This document shows positions 46,047 to 56,836 of a stretch of 64,000 nt of DNA, one piece after another; position 1 is the stretch's first letter; each line of letters begins with the position of its first letter. Both the position numbers and the translations under genes were made by a program. Where the stretch lies: positions 310,001-374,000 of the forward strand of contig JAIVFI010000012.1 of NCBI GenBank assembly GCA_025558095.1, written 5' to 3'. Source of the stretch: Hyaloraphidium curvatum SAG 235-1. Its lineage: Eukaryota > Fungi > Monoblepharomycota. Under the pieces are notes generated by a model. The model did not search any database and had not been told where the DNA came from. It worked only from the letters and a program-made list of their open reading frames with translations.

Positions 46047-47774
46047 TCAAATGCCTATGTGCCTAAGCTTGCGCAGATCGAGCCGGACGGAACCGTCACC
46101 AAAAAACCCCAGCTCTTCCTCATCATCTTCGGCTCCTTCCTTCTGGGCGTCCTCCCACTTGGAAACGTCCAACAAATCCGCCCCTTTCCCACGTCCGGTT
46201 CTCAGACTGGCTATGCGCTCGAAATCCGAAGAGGACGGACCCAGGGCTGCAAAGACGTTGAGACGCGGCAAAGCTCGTGCCATCGCGGCCAGAGCCGCGA
46301 CCGATGTGTCCTCTTCAAGCTCCTCCAAAGCATCCTCCAGATCGAGAATGTCGCCTGCCCATAGCTCGGTCATCACCCGCGGGAAGCACGCCGTCGAGGC
46401 CATATTTGCAAGTGCGGCAAAAGTTCCACGATCCTCAGCGGCGAGTTGCTTGCAGCCAACGAGAACCAATGACTCCAGGCTTTGACCAACTGCAGCCAGG
46501 ATGCTCTCCAACTGCTTGGGTGTAACGTCCGTCCAAGAAAGGTCCAGAGACCGAAGGTTTCGCGGGGAGGACCTGATCAAGAGATCGACCAAGAATGAAG
46601 ACAGCTCCGGCTTCATAGACACTCTCCGCGCACGCCGTCTCCGGGTCTCTTTCGAGTCCGACCAAACCACCACGGATCGAAGGGACGCAAGAATCGGCAC
46701 GGTGCCGTGGAACTCTGAGCCCCCGGAGGCGGCGGGTTGAGAGATAGAGTCAAAGAGGGTGAGCTGCAGTCGCTCTAGTTTGCGAAGCGACGAGCACAAT
46801 CGGAAGAAGCTGCTTAGGCATGAGGACGTGTTTGGAAGCGCAGCATCGAGAGACTTCAGATCAGTCAAAACGTTGGCCACATTGCCGATTCTGTCGAGAA
46901 TGCTTTCCTCCGGCGACTCCAGACATCGAGACAAGGAAATGTGGGTCAGCTGCGGACAGTGCATCGCAAGATCCAGTTGGCCGCAAGAACAGAGAGTCAT
47001 TCGTTTGAGCTGCGGAGCCGCTGCAACAAGCTCCGACAGGCCCGGAAAGCACTCCTTCTCGCCCTGGCAGCAAAGCTCGCTGCAGCCGATGTCGGTTAGG
47101 AAAGACGCAACCCGGAGCAATGCCGTAGGAACCCCAGTAGCGAACGCGGCATCAAGCGGGTTGAAGACAAGCTCGAGCTTCCCGACCGGTGCCTCGAGAG
47201 CGCCCCGTATCGCGTCGGCAACCCGCACCAAGGCTGCTTCTTTGCGCCTCTTCTCATCGCGAACAATGGACTTGAGTTTGCTGAGTGACACCGTGAGCTC
47301 CATCTTGATCGTGACGGGCCGATTCGCGTTCCGAGCAATGTGTCCCAGGATCGTTTCGAAGTGAGCCACTTCCCTCTCCAACGAATCCTTGGCCCGGACG
47401 ACGATGTCATCCTCGCTGTCCTCATCCCCTCCGAGCACGCTCTCCAAACGCTGCTCCGTAAGGGAGGCCCGACTACGCGATTCCACGTCGAAGCCAAGCC
47501 AGATCAATGGAACGTAGATACGTCTCACTAAAGACGCGTACGGGGCAAAAGACGCGTTCGGATCGATCGATATGGCTCGATGCACGTCCTGGAAGCGGTG
47601 TGAACCGTCCAACGGCAGGGAAATGTTCTTGTACAGCAGTCCGCACGCGGCATGGCCCCAGAGACGGCAGACTTGGAGCGGGGACCAGAGGCGTCGCGTG
47701 GAGCCGAAAGGTCCCTCCTCTGCCAAGTGGCGGAGGATCAGAATGACGACTTCGAGCGGCAGTGCGGGTGCCAT
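46047..47774 (-). CDS. F-box / LRR (RNI-like) protein; intronless
   Basis: LPLEVVILILRHL...LQVCRLW..ACGLLYKNI; LRR-like LRSLDLSWTDV and LESLVLVGCKQL. Confidence 0.8.
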   Translation of the reverse strand: MAPALPLEVVILILRHLAEEGPFGSTRRLWSPLQVCRLWGHAACGLLYKNISLPLDGSHRFQDVHRAISIDPNASFAPYASLVRRIYVPLIWLGFDVESRSRASLTEQRLESVLGGDEDSEDDIVVRAKDSLEREVAHFETILGHIARNANRPVTIKMELTVSLSKLKSIVRDEKRRKEAALVRVADAIRGALEAPVGKLELVFNPLDAAFATGVPTALLRVASFLTDIGCSELCCQGEKECFPGLSELVAAAPQLKRMTLCSCGQLDLAMHCPQLTHISLSRCLESPEESILDRIGNVANVLTDLKSLDAALPNTSSCLSSFFRLCSSLRKLERLQLTLFDSISQPAASGGSEFHGTVPILASLRSVVVWSDSKETRRRRARRVSMKPELSSFLVDLLIRSSPRNLRSLDLSWTDVTPKQLESILAAVGQSLESLVLVGCKQLAAEDRGTFAALANMASTACFPRVMTELWAGDILDLEDALEELEEDTSVAALAAMARALPRLNVFAALGPSSSDFERIASLRTGRGKGADLLDVSKWEDAQKEGAEDDEEELGFFGDGSVRLDLRKLRHIGI

Positions 47775-47798
47775 CGTCCGGAAGCTTCTACGTTTAGC

Positions 47799-47828
47799 GA
47801 GCGCTCGTTACAAGAGCGCTCGTTACAA
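47799..47828. repeat. 15-nt perfect direct repeat
   Basis: gagcgctcgttacaa x2, with palindromic core gagcgctc. Confidence 0.9.
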
Positions 47829-47960
47829 CAGCGAGTCGCGGAAGCGATTGAACAACACTGCTCGGAAGACGAGAGCAAAGGATAGATCAAGACAATACAT
47901 GATGTTTCGTTGCTTCATTCGCTTCCATGATAAAGACGGCATCATTTTCCGGTGAGGCCT

Positions 47961-49329
47961 TCAAAGCTTGCTCGTGTCCCACCCGTAGAGCCTGCGACGC
48001 TTCATCAGCGGAGGGACGTGCTATAGCAGCAAGCAAAACCCACTCGGATTTCATCTCCCTGGTCGCCAGAGCCTTGGCGCCTTCAGACACCGGCAGGCCT
48101 TCGAAGAGCACGGCGTGCATCGCGCGGATGATCGGAGCGTCGACCTGCAGCTCGTTGACGAGCTTGAACGCCGCTTCAGTTGTCGCGATGCCTTCTGCGG
48201 TTGAGCCGAGCGAGTTGAGGATGTCATCCAGCTTCTCGCCCTTGCCCATCCGAAATCCTGCAATCGACGACGACGCTCAGGCGCAATTCGGGCATGATTC
48301 ACTGAATGTCAACCCACCGACTGTAAAGTTCCGCGACGCCGTCGAAGAAGCAGTTAGCAAAAGGTCCCCGACGCCGGACAGTCCAACGAAGGTGAGCGGC
48401 TGCGCTCCTAGCCGCAGTCCGATCCGGGAAATCTCCGCAAGGCCCCGCGTAATGATTGCCGCCCTAGTTTAAGAGGCAAATGAGGCTACATTTCAACAAA
48501 TCGCAGCCGAAGGAACCCACCGAGTGTTGTTGCGGAGCCCCTGGCCGGAGGCGACGCCGGCAGCAACCGCAATCACGTTCTTCAATGCCCCCCCAATGAG
48601 GACCCCGATGATGTCCGGAGTGGTGTAGACGCGGAAGAAAGGCGCATGGAAGAGAGCCTGGCACCACTTTGCCCTCTCCTCGTCCCGCGACGCGCACGAT
48701 ACCGCCGTAGGAAGGCGCGACATGACCTCTTCCGCGAAGCTGGGCCCCGAAAGGAACACCGCCGTCGACTCGTACTCGGGCCCGAGCACCTCGCCGATGA
48801 TCTGGTTGGGCAGCTTGCCCGTGCTGCTCTCTATGCCTTTGTTGGCGAAAATCAGGAGCTTCTTGGGGGTCAGGCCCAGGGTGGGCAGGCCCGAGAGGAC
48901 GCGCCTCATCTGCTGGGTTGGGATGGTGTAGAGAATGACGGTCGAAGAGGCGATGAGCTCCGGCGTGAGCTCCGCAGTGGCCTTGAGCTTCTCATCGAGC
49001 TGGAAGTCGGGGAAGAACTTGGTATTCCGGCCCGTTTTCTGGATACCCTCAATCACGGAGAGGTCCTTGTCGAAGACCGTGACCGAGTTGCCGACGTGGG
49101 CGAGGTGGTCCGCGAGGCAAGTGCCTTTCAGAGGGCGACGAGTGACACCGACGTCGAGCAGTCCAAGCAGCACCAAGAGAAGGAAAGAGGCCGCGCGTCA
49201 GAAGACGAATGGAAAGACAACGTCGGCAATGCTACCGAAGTTTCCTGCTCCGAACACCAGGACGGTCTCCTTTGTGCGCTTCGAAGCATCTTCCGGAGAG
49301 AGGGGGATAATTGGCGTCCGCTCCGCCAT
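47961..49329 (-). CDS. NAD(P)H-dependent glycerol-3-phosphate dehydrogenase, GpsA-like; multi-exon; C-terminal SKL
   Basis: VFGAGNF|[52 protein letters not shown]; intron 47992-48043 gives ...[11 protein letters not shown]. Confidence 0.93.
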
Positions 49330-50762
49330 CGCGGCTATCGACGCTCAGAACAAGCGGCGGGCGACTAGAATGAAGGCTCCGCTGCCGTTCTTTGGGCCCG
49401 CTCGGCTCCGGCGCGCAAGGGAGCCGGGGGCGTTGGTGTGCGTCAGGAGCACGCGACACCTGCCTGGCAGCTGATTTCGGACCCCAAACCGCTCCTTCCA
49501 GGGACCCGCGAAAAAGGCTGTTCCAGAATGCAGAAGTTCAATCGCAAGTCGGCGTTACAAGAATACAGCGGGCGTCGGCCCGTTCCTATGGCAGCAGGTT
49601 TCGTCAACAGCCCCGGCGTCCCTCTTGCCGTGCTCCCGTCCTCGTTCAGCAGATTATGTGATGCCTGGCAGGATGCAAGAACGGCGTCAGCGCACAATGC
49701 ATGAGCCCGGCGGGGATGCTTCGTGGGGCGGGCTCGCGATCACGAATGCCGCGTCTCCCCCGATCACCGCCGCCTCCCGCGGGGCACCCACGTTTCCAAT
49801 CCCAATGCCCTTCCCGATCGCCACGATCATTCACTTCTTGGTGGTCGGGAAAGCCATCTTGCCCGAGGCGCCGCCGCTCATCTCGCGCGACCACGAGGCG
49901 CGCCTGGCGTACTGGGCTGGGATCGCCGGGCAGGAGGCATCAGAACGCGTCCCGCGCCCGCGATCGAGGCAAAGGGAAGCCCACCGTACGACGAGTGGTC
50001 GCCTCCCGAGATGGAGTTGCGCTTCACGGGCTTGGGGACGGAGTCCGTGGGCGAGGTGCCACCTGCGTCCGGTGGGGAGGGCGGGGACCGCGCGGCGCGG
50101 GGGAAGGGCGGAGTATCTAGCATCAGAGAGGAACCAGCGGGCACCGGGGGTGGCAGGCACCTGCGGCGACGTTCTGTGGAATCGAATCGCAGCAGGTCCC
50201 TGATGCGTCAGGCACGGACAGGGAGACACAACAGCGGGCCACCAACCGCGAGGTTCGTGGTGTTGACATTGGCCGACATTTCGGTGCGAAGAGGAGTTCT
50301 GGAGGTTCGGCCCGGTCAGCAGCTGGTGGGCGGGCGTGCAGCGCAGGGGCAGCGAGGGAAACTCCGCAGGGAACGGGGAACGCCGCCAAGCGGCGCCCCC
50401 AGCGATGCGGCCACCGCGCCGGCCCTGGTGGAGCATAGAGCATACCTCGAAGATGGCGCTGCGGGGGAGGGAGGCTGGCGGAACGGGCTCCGGAGCTTGG
50501 TTCGTGCGGCGATGGGGGCTTCGACCAGTCGATTCCAGATTCCGAACCCTTGAAAGCCAATCGGTCCCCGGTCTCCGGATCACGTGAGAGACACAAGAAC
50601 TTTGCTTCCGGCTACAGAGACAAAATGCGACTCCAGTTAAGCCGTACATGGCATACGTGAAAAGCTAGCTAGCATTCCGTGCTGCAGGCACTTCCATCCA
50701 TCGGTCTTCAAACGCACCATGCATCCCGTCCCTCCGTCCGATCGAGCCTCGCCGGTGGGACA

Positions 50763-51563
50763 TTAGAGAGCACCCCACGTCGAGTACTGCGACTCCATGT
50801 AATCGCCGCCCCTGTAGCCCTGGGCGGCGTATGACGAGGAGGAGACGAACGAGTCGGGCGAGCTCGGCGAGAAGGAGCTGCGGCCCGACGTCGACGAGTC
50901 CGTCGGGGATTCGGACGGCGCGTACCCCGGCGCCGCGGGCATCGCGGACGCATGGGTGACCTCGCCGTAGCCCGAGACGCCGCGCACGGTGGGGGTGGAG
51001 GGGCGGCCGACGCCGCGGAGGTGCGGGGGGGTGTTGGCGCTCTGGTGGATGATGACGACTTGGCCCGAGGGGCCGGTGCGGTAGGAGGAGGAGAAGGGGT
51101 CGGTCCAGACGACGAGGTCGGAGCTGCATGCGTTGGGGGTGGGAAGGTCAGGACCCCTGGGGGATCGGCTGCGGCGGGGATGCGCACGGGAAGCAGGAGG
51201 CGAGGTCCGCGGGGGAAAGCGACTTGAGGAGGCTGGAGGATTCCGCGGCGGCGAGGACCACGGGGTCGATGGAGCCGTTGTAGAACGAGATGGACCGATA
51301 TGCGTTGCCTGGAGATAGTGTGTCCCAGCATGCCCCGGAGGGGAGGGAGGGGCCACCACGATGAGCAACGGCCTCGGCCGTGTATCCGCCTGCAAAGCCA
51401 GCGCACCTCTGTGTGGCGCACTCGGGTCGTAGTGACCCGAGCACCTGGTCCGCAGCGCGGCCTCCAGGTCGGCCTGGAATGCCCGCTTGAGGCCCGGCGC
51501 TATGCGCTTCTGTTCGAGATAGCGAGCCACGAACGCGGCGGTTGCCTGGATTTCTTCGTCCAT
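50763..51563 (-). CDS. BTG/Tob (anti-proliferative) domain protein; 2 introns
   Basis: MDEEIQATAAF..., GHYDPSAPHRG|NAYRSI (box A), DPVVLAAA, P|SDLVVWTDPFSSSYRTG (box B). Confidence 0.85.
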   Translation of the reverse strand: MDEEIQATAAFVARYLEQKRIAPGLKRAFQADLEAALRTRCSGHYDPSAPHRGALALQADTRPRPLLIVVAPPSPPGHAGTHYLQATHIGPSRSTTAPSTPWSSPPRNPPASSSRFPPRTSPPASRAHPRRSRSPRGPDLPTPNACSSDLVVWTDPFSSSYRTGPSGQVVIIHQSANTPPHLRGVGRPSTPTVRGVSGYGEVTHASAMPAAPGYAPSESPTDSSTSGRSSFSPSSPDSFVSSSSYAAQGYRGGDYMESQYSTWGAL

Positions 51564-51950
51564 GGCGTGCTGCGGCGGGGCATCCGCGGGGGGCGATGGG
51601 GGCTGCGGTCCGCGGGGCGGGCGCGGGCGATGGCGCTGCGGCTGCCAGGCAGGCGGGTGCGTGTCTTTTGCAGTGCTCGGCGGCGCACCGCGGTGGGGCA
51701 GGGAGCGGCGATGCGGGCGGGGCGCGGGGACGGAGTTGAACGGAGGTCAGTTGACTGATCAGCGAGGCGCGGGTGCGGGGGCGCGGGTGCGGCGGTGCAA
51801 CCAGAACCTTCTGACGGACCCGGGGGCCCGATGCGACCCCGTTCGGCACAATTAGCCGCCCTCTGGCCGCGATATGTACCGCGATGCGCCCCCGGGCCGG
51901 GCCTTGGAGCGTTTCCGGGCCACTTCCGACGTGCCAGCTCCACCCCGAAA

Positions 51951-53036
51951 ATGTCCCCCTTGCAGGGCGGCGGCACGACGAGACTTGATGGCATTCCTGG
52001 CGTGGCACGGGTTGCCAGCACCGCTGTACAAGCGTCCACCTTGCAGTGCACGGAGCACCGAATCCAACTACCTTCGGGATTCGGCTTCGGCGCACGAATC
52101 TGGGGCGCGTCGCTGGAAGAGGCCAGGGAGGATCCATCGGTCATCAGGGTACTCGCAACGCATGGCTGGCTAGACAATGCGGCGAGTTTTGACCGGATGC
52201 TGCCCGAGATGCTGGCGCTGTCGAGAGGAGACCGCAAGTTCTGCTGCGTCGCGATGGACCTCGCAGGCCACGGGCTGTCGGACCACAGGCACGCGTCATC
52301 GCCGTACAGCTACACGTCTTTTGCTTCGGACGTCCTGAGCGTTGCCGAAGCGCTGGGCTGGGACAGATACGCGCTCCTGGGCCACAGTCTGGGAGCCGCC
52401 ATCGGCGCGCTTGTCGCCGCCGCGTTCCCGGAACGCATCCAGGCGCTGTGCATGATCGACAACATCGGCCCACTATCGCGACCGCCCGGGGAAACGGTTG
52501 CGGGATTCAGAAAGCATCACCTGGCCGCCGTCGAGTACGCCGCGGGCAGGAAGCGCAAGCCCGTGTACGACCGGATCGAGGACGCCATCACCGCACGGCA
52601 GAACGGGCTCGTGCCAATGACATACGAAGGCGCAAAGATGCTCGTCGAGCGCGGCACCGAGGTCGTTGCGAAGCCGGACGGCACCCGAGGGTGGACTTGG
52701 AGGACCGACCAGCTTTTGCTTCTGCCAAATGCCATGAACTTTACGGAAGAGTCCGTGCTCGCCATTCTCGGGGCCATCGCCTCTCCTACCCTCGTCATCA
52801 TCGCGACGGGGCAAAAGGCCTGGCTCCTGACAACATTCAAGTCGATGACGGAGAAGCGGATGCAGGTTTTGCGGGAGCACCACGATCCATCGCTGTTCAG
52901 GATCGTCGAACTGGAAGGATCCCATCACCTGATGCTCGAGGGCCGGGAGCGCGAGTGTGCCGAGGGAGCCTACGGCTTCTTCAAGGCGGCGATCGGCAAG
53001 ACGGCGGTCAGGGTGGATGACACTTCTTTCATGTGA
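51951..53036 (+). CDS. Alpha/beta hydrolase, serine hydrolase-like (SERHL) family; alternative start 51831
   Basis: HGWLDNAASFD, DLAGHGLSDH, GHSLG nucleophile elbow, WRTD, GSHHL. Confidence 0.9.
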   Translation: MSPLQGGGTTRLDGIPGVARVASTAVQASTLQCTEHRIQLPSGFGFGARIWGASLEEAREDPSVIRVLATHGWLDNAASFDRMLPEMLALSRGDRKFCCVAMDLAGHGLSDHRHASSPYSYTSFASDVLSVAEALGWDRYALLGHSLGAAIGALVAAAFPERIQALCMIDNIGPLSRPPGETVAGFRKHHLAAVEYAAGRKRKPVYDRIEDAITARQNGLVPMTYEGAKMLVERGTEVVAKPDGTRGWTWRTDQLLLLPNAMNFTEESVLAILGAIASPTLVIIATGQKAWLLTTFKSMTEKRMQVLREHHDPSLFRIVELEGSHHLMLEGRERECAEGAYGFFKAAIGKTAVRVDDTSFM

Positions 53037-53080
53037 TCAGCCTGCAGAAAGAGATCGCCAATTGATCTTCCGAAAAGACA

Positions 53081-54111
53081 TCAGAGCGACCCCTTGGCCG
53101 GCGAAACGATCTTCCAGCCGCCCGTGAGCCCCCGCATCATCCTCGTCTGCGTCCCCATCGCCACGATCTTCCCCTCCTCGTCCCACAGCTCGCACGTGCA
53201 GTCGTACCGCCCCCTCGTCAGGTGCCTCGTCCACACGCGCGTGTAGACCAGCTCCCCCTTTGGCACTCCGCGGAACTGCAGCGACAGGTCCATGGTCATC
53301 CCCCTGAACCCGCGGCCCTGGATCTCCGGGATACGGCGCACGGGCGAGTTGAACATGTCGGCCCAGAAGGCGAGGGAGACGAGGTCCGTGGGGCGGCCAT
53401 CGCGGAAGCGCGAGGCGTGGTAGACCAGGGGCTGGGGGAGGTTGCCTGGGGCCGTGGGGACGAGGTCGGGGAGGACGGTGACGCGCTCGGTGAGGTCCTA
53501 CGGGGCTTCGGTGTCAGATCGCAGCGAGGGCCTCACGGCGAAGGGGAGTTCGTTACCTGCATGCCAACGCCGGGCTGCTCCGGGCTCGGTTTCCACTCCA
53601 CCGCATCGGCATTGAACTCAAGCGGCGGCCTCCGCTCCGTCACGTGGTCCGGTCCCTCCTCTGCCGACAGGTCGCCGAACGTCGCCACTACGCAGAGGAT
53701 GTCGACAGTCTCAAACGCCCCCTGCTTCCCGCCCGTCTTTTTCGGCTGGTCCTGGCGCAGCACCGCCTCGGCGACGGCGGACCGCCCGCCCTCCTTGAGC
53801 CGCCGCACGTCCACGTAGGCCGGACCGGCGCGGGAGATGCTCAGGAAGGTCGCCTGCAGTGCGAGGGGGTCCGGCCAGCGCGGGCCGGACGACGGGCCGC
53901 CGGATCCGAAGGAGATGTCGTTGGAGGGGTCGCCGAAGTCCTTGACCAGGCAGTTGAGGACCGATGCGAGGATGATACCCCCGAACGGCGCCCCTCCCGC
54001 GAAGAAGCGCTGCTGGACGTCCACGTGGTAGCGCCGCACGGCCCGGTCGCCGAGGGTGATGTGCTCGACGCGGCCGACGCGCACGGCGTCGTCGAACGCG
54101 TAGCTCTTCAT
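53081..54111 (-). CDS. Double hot-dog thioesterase-like protein; at least 1 intron
   Basis: GAPFGG, PDPLALQATFL..GPA.VDVRRLKEG, SLAFWADM, TMDLSLQFR, GRYDCTCELWDEEGKIVAMGTQ. Confidence 0.85.
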
Positions 54112-54702
54112 GGGAAAGGCGCGGGATTCAGCGGGTGACGTGCCGACGTTTGAGCCGAGCCGCGAATCGATCGCACCCCCCACCATGCTGCTCGACAGTT
54201 CAAGGAAACCGTCAAGGAAACTGAGAAAGCGCCATTCGTTCGTGATAGAGTGATATGGCACAGATCGTTGTTGATCTCCCATTGCTCGGGCCTTGTCCTC
54301 AAGATGGATCGCCGACTGCCTCGGGCATCTGCGCGTCCATGTGGACTATGCCAGCGGAAGGAAGTGGATCTCCTTATCGATGTTGCTTGAAATACAAACT
54401 CGATTCGCAGAGCGAGCCCTCGGCGCCTCGGACTCCTTCGCGCCTCTGGTTGGAAATCGTCGCGGCTGCCGTCACCCCTGGCCAGCACCTCGTTTCCTTC
54501 CGCTTCGCCTGAGCCCCTCGGCGACCTCTGCGGCCGTCCTACGCGCCGCGTCTCCCTCTCTTCACCCGTACGGATCGCACGGGCGCGCATCGCTTTTCAT
54601 TCGCGGCGCGCTGCCGGGGAGAGACGCGGCCGTGGGCTCATTTCCGACGACCGCAGACCTCCCCTCCTCCCCGGCCATTGCGGCCGAACCCGCCCCGCAA
54701 GG

Positions 54703-56707
54703 ATGATGCAGCAGCCGATTATCGTGATCAGTGGGTTTCGCGCCCGCGCAGAGGCGCCGGGGAGCCGCTGGCTCACGCGGAAACCTCGCGACGCCAGACA
54801 ATGCCGAAAACCGCGAGACGGGCCGCAAGGCCCAGACGTCCAATATTACCGCGGCGAAAACGGTCTCGGACATCATCCGGACGTGCCTCGGCCCGCGGGC
54901 CATGCTGAAGATGATCCTGGATCCCATGGGCGGGATCGTCCTGACCAACGACGGCAACGCGATCCTGCGCGAGGTCGAGGTCGCGCACCCGGCGGCAAAA
55001 TCCATGATCGAGCTCGCGCGGACGCAGGACGAGGAGGTTGGCGACGGGACGACGTCGGTCATCATCCTGGGTGGGTATCTCCCCCGGCCGCCCCCGTCCG
55101 TTTCCTTCCGGGCTCATGCGCCGTCCCTGGCAGCCGGCGAGGTCCTGGCATCGGCTCTGCCCTCGCTCAACCGCAATATTCACCCGATCATGATCATCGC
55201 GGCCTACAAAAAGGCCCTGAACGACGCGCTGGGCGTCATTGACGAGATCTCGCTCAAGGTCGACACCGAGAACCGCGAGTCCATGATCCAGCTCATCAAG
55301 AGCACCATCGGGACCAAGTTCATCAGCCAGTGGGGCAATCTGATGTGCGAGCTCGCGCTCGACGCCGTCAGGACGGTGGCTCTCCTCCAGGAGAACGGGC
55401 GCAAGGAGGTGGACGTGAAGCGCTACGTCCGGATCGAGAAGGTGGGCCCACATCGTCCTGTCTTTGGACCGCAGCTGACGGGCGGCGGTCACCAGATCCC
55501 CGGCGGCGAGATCGAGGAGTCCCGCGTCCTGGACGGCGTCATGGTCAACAAGGACGTGACGCACCCCAAGATGCGTCGCCGCATCGAGAACCCGCGCATC
55601 GTCCTGCTCGACTGCCCCATGGAGTACAAGAAGGGCGAGTCGCAGACCAACGTGGAGCTGCAGAACGAGGGGCAGTGGGAGCGGCTGCTGGAGATTGAGG
55701 AGGAGCAGATCCGGGAGCTGTGCGAGAACATCATCCGGGTCAAGCCCGACCTCGTCATCACCGAAAAGGGCGTTTCGGACCTGGCGCAGCACTTTTTGCT
55801 CAAGGCCAACATTACTGCCATTCGCCGCGTCAAGAAGATGGACAACCACCGCATCGCCCGCGCCACGGGGGCGACGATCGTGAACCGGGTGGAGGACCTG
55901 AAGGAGTCGGACGTCGGGACCAAGTGCGGCCTGTTCGAGGTCAACAAGATCGGCGACGAGTACTTCATGTACCTGACCAAGTGCAGGGAACCCAAGGTGG
56001 GCCGCGCGGGCGCCTCCTCTCACTCGCCCTCACGCTGTCATCGCAGGCCTGCACCGTCATCCTCCGCGGCCCCTCCAAGGACATCATCAACGAGGTCGAG
56101 CGCAACCTGCAGGACGCCATGGCGGTGGCCCGCAACGTCATCTTCGAGCCCAAGCTTGCCCCCGGCGGGGGCGCGACCGAGATGGCCGTCGCGGTGCGGC
56201 TCGGGGAGAACGCAAAGGCCATCTCGGGGATCGAGGCGTGGCCGTACCGCGCGCTGGCCGAGGCGCTCGAGGTGATCCCGCGGACGCTGGTGCAGAACTG
56301 GTGCGTTATGCCGCTGCGGTGGATAATGGAGGGAGGCTGACGCCGGTTCAGCGGAGGCAACGCGATCCGCACGCTGACGCAGCTCCGGGCCAAGCACGCC
56401 GTCAAGGAGCACACCTGGGGCATCGACGGGATCTCGGGCCAGATCGTGGACATGAAGACGTACGGCGTGTGGGAACCCGTGGCCGTCAAGGCGCAGACCA
56501 TCAAGACGGCGATCGAGGTGGGTGCCCTTGCAAGGCGCGGGCGGACGGTTCGCTCACGTGGGACCCTCCCAGTCCGCGTGCCTCATCCTCCGCGTGGACG
56601 ACATCGTCTCCGGGGTCTCGAAAAAGAACAGGGAGGGCGCCGGGGGCTCCGGCGGCGGCATCCAGGCCGGCGAGGATTACGAGCCCGAGGAAGGCGAGGA
56701 GCGATGA
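54703..56707 (+). CDS. CCT3: T-complex protein 1 subunit gamma; multi-exon
   Basis: IIRTCLGPRAMLKM, TNDGNAILRE, QDEEVGDGTTSVIIL, NKDVTHPKMRRRIENPRIVLLDC, LLRVDDIVSG-like C-terminus. Confidence 0.98.
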
Positions 56708-56836
56708 GCGGCGGCCGCCGAGGAAATACCACCCGTGTAACGATAGCCTAGACCAAGATACCACCGACCGATGCAACGTGCAGCGCAGATTCAGGAAAGA
56801 ATCGTGTGGCAGACTGTACAGCGCCGAAACCCCGGC

